From assembly GCA_031367385.1 (NCBI GenBank), contig JANLPS010000510.1:1-18136 (forward strand): a stretch of DNA of 18,136 bases, read 5' to 3'. The stretch comes from Archangium sp. Lineage in GTDB: Bacteria; Myxococcota; Myxococcia; Myxococcales; Myxococcaceae. Below, piece by piece: positions 14,887 through 18,136 of this stretch (positions are counted from its first letter, which is position 1; every line of letters begins with the position of its first letter). Both the position numbers and the translations under genes were made by a program. The notes under the pieces are model-generated. The model was not told the DNA's origin. It saw nothing but the letters and a program-made list of their open reading frames with translations, and searched no databases.

Positions 14887-17643
14887 TCAGTGAAGCGAGT
14901 CGCGCACGTGCTTCGCCTTCTCGAGGTCGTCGGTGAAGTCGTTGCCTCCGGCTTCGTAGGCGCTCACCGCCGCGGTCGCGAGCCCCTTCGCCCGGGGGAG
15001 GTCTCGGTGCCCCGCTTGGAGCGTCAACGCCAGCTCCAGCTGCGTGCTCGCGAGCTTGTAGGGGCCCTCTTTGCCAGTGGCGCGGAGGGCCAAGGCACGC
15101 TCCAACGGCACCAGCGCCTCGACCGGGCGGCCGAGCTCGCGCAGCACGGTGCCCAGGTCTGACAAGGGGTCACCGAGAAAGAGGTGCGTTGGCCCGAGGT
15201 CTTTTTCCCATTGGGCGATGATCAGCTCATACGACGCACGCGCCTCTTCGAGGTGCCCATCGAGCGACTGCACCCCGGCCAGGTTGAAGCGAGTCGTCAT
15301 GGTCTGGCGGTGGGTCGGGCCGAGCACCTTGGCGCGAATGGCCAGCGCGCGTTCACCCGCCAGCCGGGCATCGGCGTAGCGCTTCTGCGAGGCGAGCACT
15401 TCGATCATGTTGTTCAGCACCACCGCGATGGAGGGGTGGTCGGGCCCGAGCACCCGCTCGAAGACCTGCATCGCGTGGTGGTACACCGTCTCCGCCTCGG
15501 TGTACCGGTGCAGCGCGACGTAGACCGCTCCAAGGTTCACCTGAGCCCGAGCGACCTCGTTGTGCTCAGGGCCAAGCTCCTTGGTCAGCAACGCCACCGC
15601 GTGCTCAGCGACCGGCAGGGCTTTCTCGAGCTGACCCTCTTGGCTGTAGAGCGCGCCTTCGTTGCTCAAGAGCACCGCGCGCAGATGCCAGTCTTCGGCC
15701 AAGCGGGTCATCAGCGATTCAGCGGTTCGCGCCGCGGCGTGCGCTTCTTCGGGCGCTCCTTGCATCAGGCCCTTGGTGAAGATGAGGCCGATCTGGCACT
15801 CCGCCGACCGGGCGTCGTCTCTGCCTTCGGTCGCCGCGCGGGTGCACGCAAAGAAAGAAGCGGCAGCGCTCGCCGCGTCACCGGTGTCACGCTGGGCCGC
15901 GCCGAGCGTGGCCAGGTGCGCCGCGGTGAGCGGCTTGTACCCGACCGCTTCGACCTTGGGGCCCAACGCCTTGGCGAGCTCGAGCGACTGGGCGAACTGA
16001 CCGGCGCTGTTCAGGGCCTTGCTCTTCGCCAGCTCGGGCAGCAGGGCGTCGACCGCCGCCTGCATCTGGGGCGTGCTCGGCGCGGGCACGGGCGCCAACA
16101 GCACGTTGGTCTGCGCGCAGAGGGCCAGCGGGGGCAAGGCCGAGACCGCACCGACGGCGCGGGTGACGACCGAGGGGTCTGCGCCACTGAGCACGTCAAT
16201 CAGCGCCGCGGCCTCGAGGCGCCGCTGCTCGAAGCAGGCCAACTGCGCGGTGTAGACCGATTCGGGCTGAGCGCCTTTGACGTACGTCTCTTCGCACGCC
16301 TTGGTGCGAGCCTCGGCCCACTGGGTGGCCCAGGCATCGAGGCCCTCGACCACGTGGGCCAGGCTGGTGCCGGCGAAGGGGAGCGCGCTCTTCTCGAACG
16401 CCGTGCTCAGCGCCTGACGTTGAACGGCACCCCAACTCGCAGCGATGCGCTCGCTGGCTCCGGCGCAGCGAGCCCGCTGTTGCCACCAGAGCGTGCCCCC
16501 GCCGAGCGCCAGTGCCACCGCCGCGAATGACGCCGCGATCAGCGCAGACCGCTTGGGCCGCGGGGTGAGCGCGTCGAGCGCGGTGACGAGCTCGCGCATC
16601 GAAGAAAATCGCTGCGACGGTTCACGAGCGAGGCCCCGTTCGAGCAGCCGGCTCAGCGCGAGGGCGGCCGCGGCAGTTGGGGGCGTGACCTTCGGGGCGA
16701 AGGGAGCTCGGCGGTTGCCGTCGACGGCCGCGGTCAGCGCTCCCACCGTCGCTCCGGAGAACGGCAGCGTGCCAGTCACGGCCTCGTGCAGGCAGACGCA
16801 GAAGCTGAATTGGTCGCTGTCAGCGCTCGCTGGTTTGCCGTGCAGTTGCTCCGGCGCCATGTAGGCCGGAGAACCAATGAGCTGATCTCTGCGGCTCGTG
16901 CGGAGCTGCACGCTGTCGAGCGGTACTTCTCCCAGGGCCGAGAGCGCCCCCGGCTGGGCCAGGGCCAGCCCGAAGTCGGTCACCACGACCCGGCCCTGCG
17001 GCGTCACCATCACGTTGTCGGGTTTGAAGTCGCGTTGCACGATGCCGACCTCATGCGCGGCGGCCAGGCCTTCGGCGGCTTGTCGAAACACCGCGAGGAG
17101 CGCGGCCCACGTGGGCGGTTTGAGCAGCAGGTGCACGCGCAGCGAAGTGCCGGGCAGGTACTCCATCGCGAGGTAGGTGACTCCGGCGTCGTGACCGGCG
17201 TCGTAAACCGCGCTCACGTTGGGGTGGCTCAGCTGCGCCAGAATGCGCGCCTCGTGGAGCAGGCGTGCCCGGCTCTCGGCGTCGTGCAGCTCGCGCAGCA
17301 CCTTGATCGCGACCTGCCGGCCCAGCACCGGGTCGTGGGCTGAATAGACGACGCCCATCGCCCCCGCGCCAAGCTTGCCCAGAATGACGTAGCGACCGAG
17401 CGTGTCGCCTGCCTCGAGCACGCGGCCAGTGCCGCCCTCGGGCAGCCAGCCGCCACCGGTCGCGACTCGGGCGAGCTCGGTAACCACGGCCAGGCACTCC
17501 GCGCAGGCATCGAGGTGCGCTCGTACAGTGACGGCACGCGAGGCAGGCAGCGCCGCTCCAACCAGCGCGGAGAGGTCGACGTCTGTCGGGTGGTCGGTCA
17601 AGGGGGCGTGACCTTTGGCAGGAGAGCGCGAGGGAAATCGCAC
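14887..17643 (-). CDS. Membrane Ser/Thr (Hanks-type) protein kinase with an N-terminal anti-sigma-type zinc finger and an extracytoplasmic TPR domain (about 905-918 aa)
   Basis: HLDACAEC zinc motif; GAGAMGVVY, VAIK, HPNV, (Q)RDFKPDN, DFG, GSPAYMAPE, DQFSFC; one TM (ALIAASFAAVALALGGGTLWW); C-terminal 42-aa TPR repeats. Start is either GTG 17643 or TTG 17601. Confidence 0.93.
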   Translation of the reverse strand: MRFPSRSPAKGHAPLTDHPTDVDLSALVGAALPASRAVTVRAHLDACAECLAVVTELARVATGGGWLPEGGTGRVLEAGDTLGRYVILGKLGAGAMGVVYSAHDPVLGRQVAIKVLRELHDAESRARLLHEARILAQLSHPNVSAVYDAGHDAGVTYLAMEYLPGTSLRVHLLLKPPTWAALLAVFRQAAEGLAAAHEVGIVQRDFKPDNVMVTPQGRVVVTDFGLALAQPGALSALGEVPLDSVQLRTSRRDQLIGSPAYMAPEQLHGKPASADSDQFSFCVCLHEAVTGTLPFSGATVGALTAAVDGNRRAPFAPKVTPPTAAAALALSRLLERGLAREPSQRFSSMRELVTALDALTPRPKRSALIAASFAAVALALGGGTLWWQQRARCAGASERIAASWGAVQRQALSTAFEKSALPFAGTSLAHVVEGLDAWATQWAEARTKACEETYVKGAQPESVYTAQLACFEQRRLEAAALIDVLSGADPSVVTRAVGAVSALPPLALCAQTNVLLAPVPAPSTPQMQAAVDALLPELAKSKALNSAGQFAQSLELAKALGPKVEAVGYKPLTAAHLATLGAAQRDTGDAASAAASFFACTRAATEGRDDARSAECQIGLIFTKGLMQGAPEEAHAAARTAESLMTRLAEDWHLRAVLLSNEGALYSQEGQLEKALPVAEHAVALLTKELGPEHNEVARAQVNLGAVYVALHRYTEAETVYHHAMQVFERVLGPDHPSIAVVLNNMIEVLASQKRYADARLAGERALAIRAKVLGPTHRQTMTTRFNLAGVQSLDGHLEEARASYELIIAQWEKDLGPTHLFLGDPLSDLGTVLRELGRPVEALVPLERALALRATGKEGPYKLASTQLELALTLQAGHRDLPRAKGLATAAVSAYEAGGNDFTDDLEKAKHVRDSLH
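15073..15576 (-). repeat. Four 126-bp (42-aa) TPR repeats of kinesin-light-chain type within the kinase
   Basis: LGPEH, LGPDH, LGPTH and LGPTH start at 15576, 15450, 15324 and 15198, an exact 126-bp period. Confidence 0.85.
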
Positions 17644-17730
17644 ACTTCGGGTCTGAATGCGACAGGCGGGCAGTCGATTGCGTCTGGTGGGCTCGAGCCG
17701 CGTGGCTCTTCACTTCAAGGGGTTTCAATC

Positions 17731-18136
17731 ATGGTCGGGCAAGGCATCAGGGCGTCGTTGATGGTCGCGGTGGTGATGGGGTTGGCAGCGTGTGGCGTCG
17801 CGGCGGGTGGCGCGGGCGCGGTCTGCAGCGCGCTGACGTGCAACGGGTGCTGCGCGGCGAATGGGGTGTGCCAGCCCGGCGCATCGAACGCGATGTGCGG
17901 CAATTTCGGCGGCGCGTGCCAGGTGTGTGGCTCACGAGACGTCTGCGCGAAGGGCGCGTGCACCGCTGAGGCCTCGGGCTCGGGCGGAGGTGGCTCGAGC
18001 GGCGGAGGCGTTGGCGGCGGCGCTGGAGGTGGCTCGGGTGGCGGCGCTGGAGGTGGCTCGGGCGGCGGCCGCGGAGGCGGCTCGGGCGGTGGCTCCGGGG
18101 GCGGGTCGGGCGGAGGTGGGGGCAGCTCGTCGTGGC
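17731..18136 (+). CDS. Cys-rich lipoprotein with a Gly/Ser linker, 3'-partial (not in the ORF track)
   Basis: My translation: MVGQGIRASLMVAVVMGLAA-C-GVAAGGAGAVCSALTCNGCCAANGVCQPGASNAMCGNFGGACQVCGSRDVCAKGAC-TAEASGSGGGGSSGGG... It has an LAAC lipobox, a 10-Cys module and RBS AAGGGG at about 17717-17722, with no stop before the window end. Confidence 0.85.
   Translation, partial: MVGQGIRASLMVAVVMGLAACGVAAGGAGAVCSALTCNGCCAANGVCQPGASNAMCGNFGGACQVCGSRDVCAKGACTAEASGSGGGGSSGGGVGGGAGGGSGGGAGGGSGGGRGGGSGGGSGGGSGGGGGSSSW
17974..18130 (+). repeat. Low-complexity (GGGx)n coding repeat, 12-bp unit
   Basis: Encodes GGGS/GGGA/GGGV/GGGR; an exact 23-bp duplication lies at 18016-18038 and 18040-18062. Confidence 0.85.

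Noticed and set aside
17715..17963. Minus-strand His/Pro/Ala-rich ORFs (17715-17963, 17747-17935)
   Set aside because: Antisense to the + strand Cys-rich lipoprotein, which has an RBS and a lipobox.
17974..18136. Terminal GGC-rich repeats as a CRISPR array or non-coding satellite
   Set aside because: No unique spacers; the repeats are in frame and encode a Gly/Ser linker.

Overview
GC-rich bacterial window that looks myxobacterial (Myxococcota), judging by Cys-rich lipoproteins, a Hanks kinase paired with a sigma-like gene and a myxobacterial-type GspD; the taxon is inference. From left to right: (i) a truncated membrane-protein gene on the minus strand, probably a sensor N-terminus that runs into poor-quality terminal sequence; (ii) a divergent five-gene LolCDE/MacB-type ABC operon (two FtsX-family permeases, a LolA-like periplasmic protein, a probable outer-membrane beta-barrel and a LolD-like ATPase), preceded by a sigma-54 promoter and two tandem TGT-N10-ACA-type palindromes; (iii) a stand-alone argJ divergent from a small 4-TM protein; (iv) a tail-anchored hypothetical protein followed by a processive GT2 glycosyltransferase; (v) a minus-strand run of a zinc-finger/Ser-Thr kinase/TM/TPR receptor, a translationally coupled ECF-like sigma factor, an orphan GspD secretin with its own sigma-54 promoter, a secreted coiled-coil protein, two coupled Cys-rich lipoproteins and a small hypothetical; (vi) a divergent Cys-rich/Gly-rich lipoprotein that runs off the window end and is absent from the ORF track. 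No rRNA, tRNA, CRISPR array or mobile element was seen. The best candidates for undescribed systems are the orphan-secretin/Cys-rich-lipoprotein locus and the sigma-54-controlled Lol-like trans-envelope ABC system.
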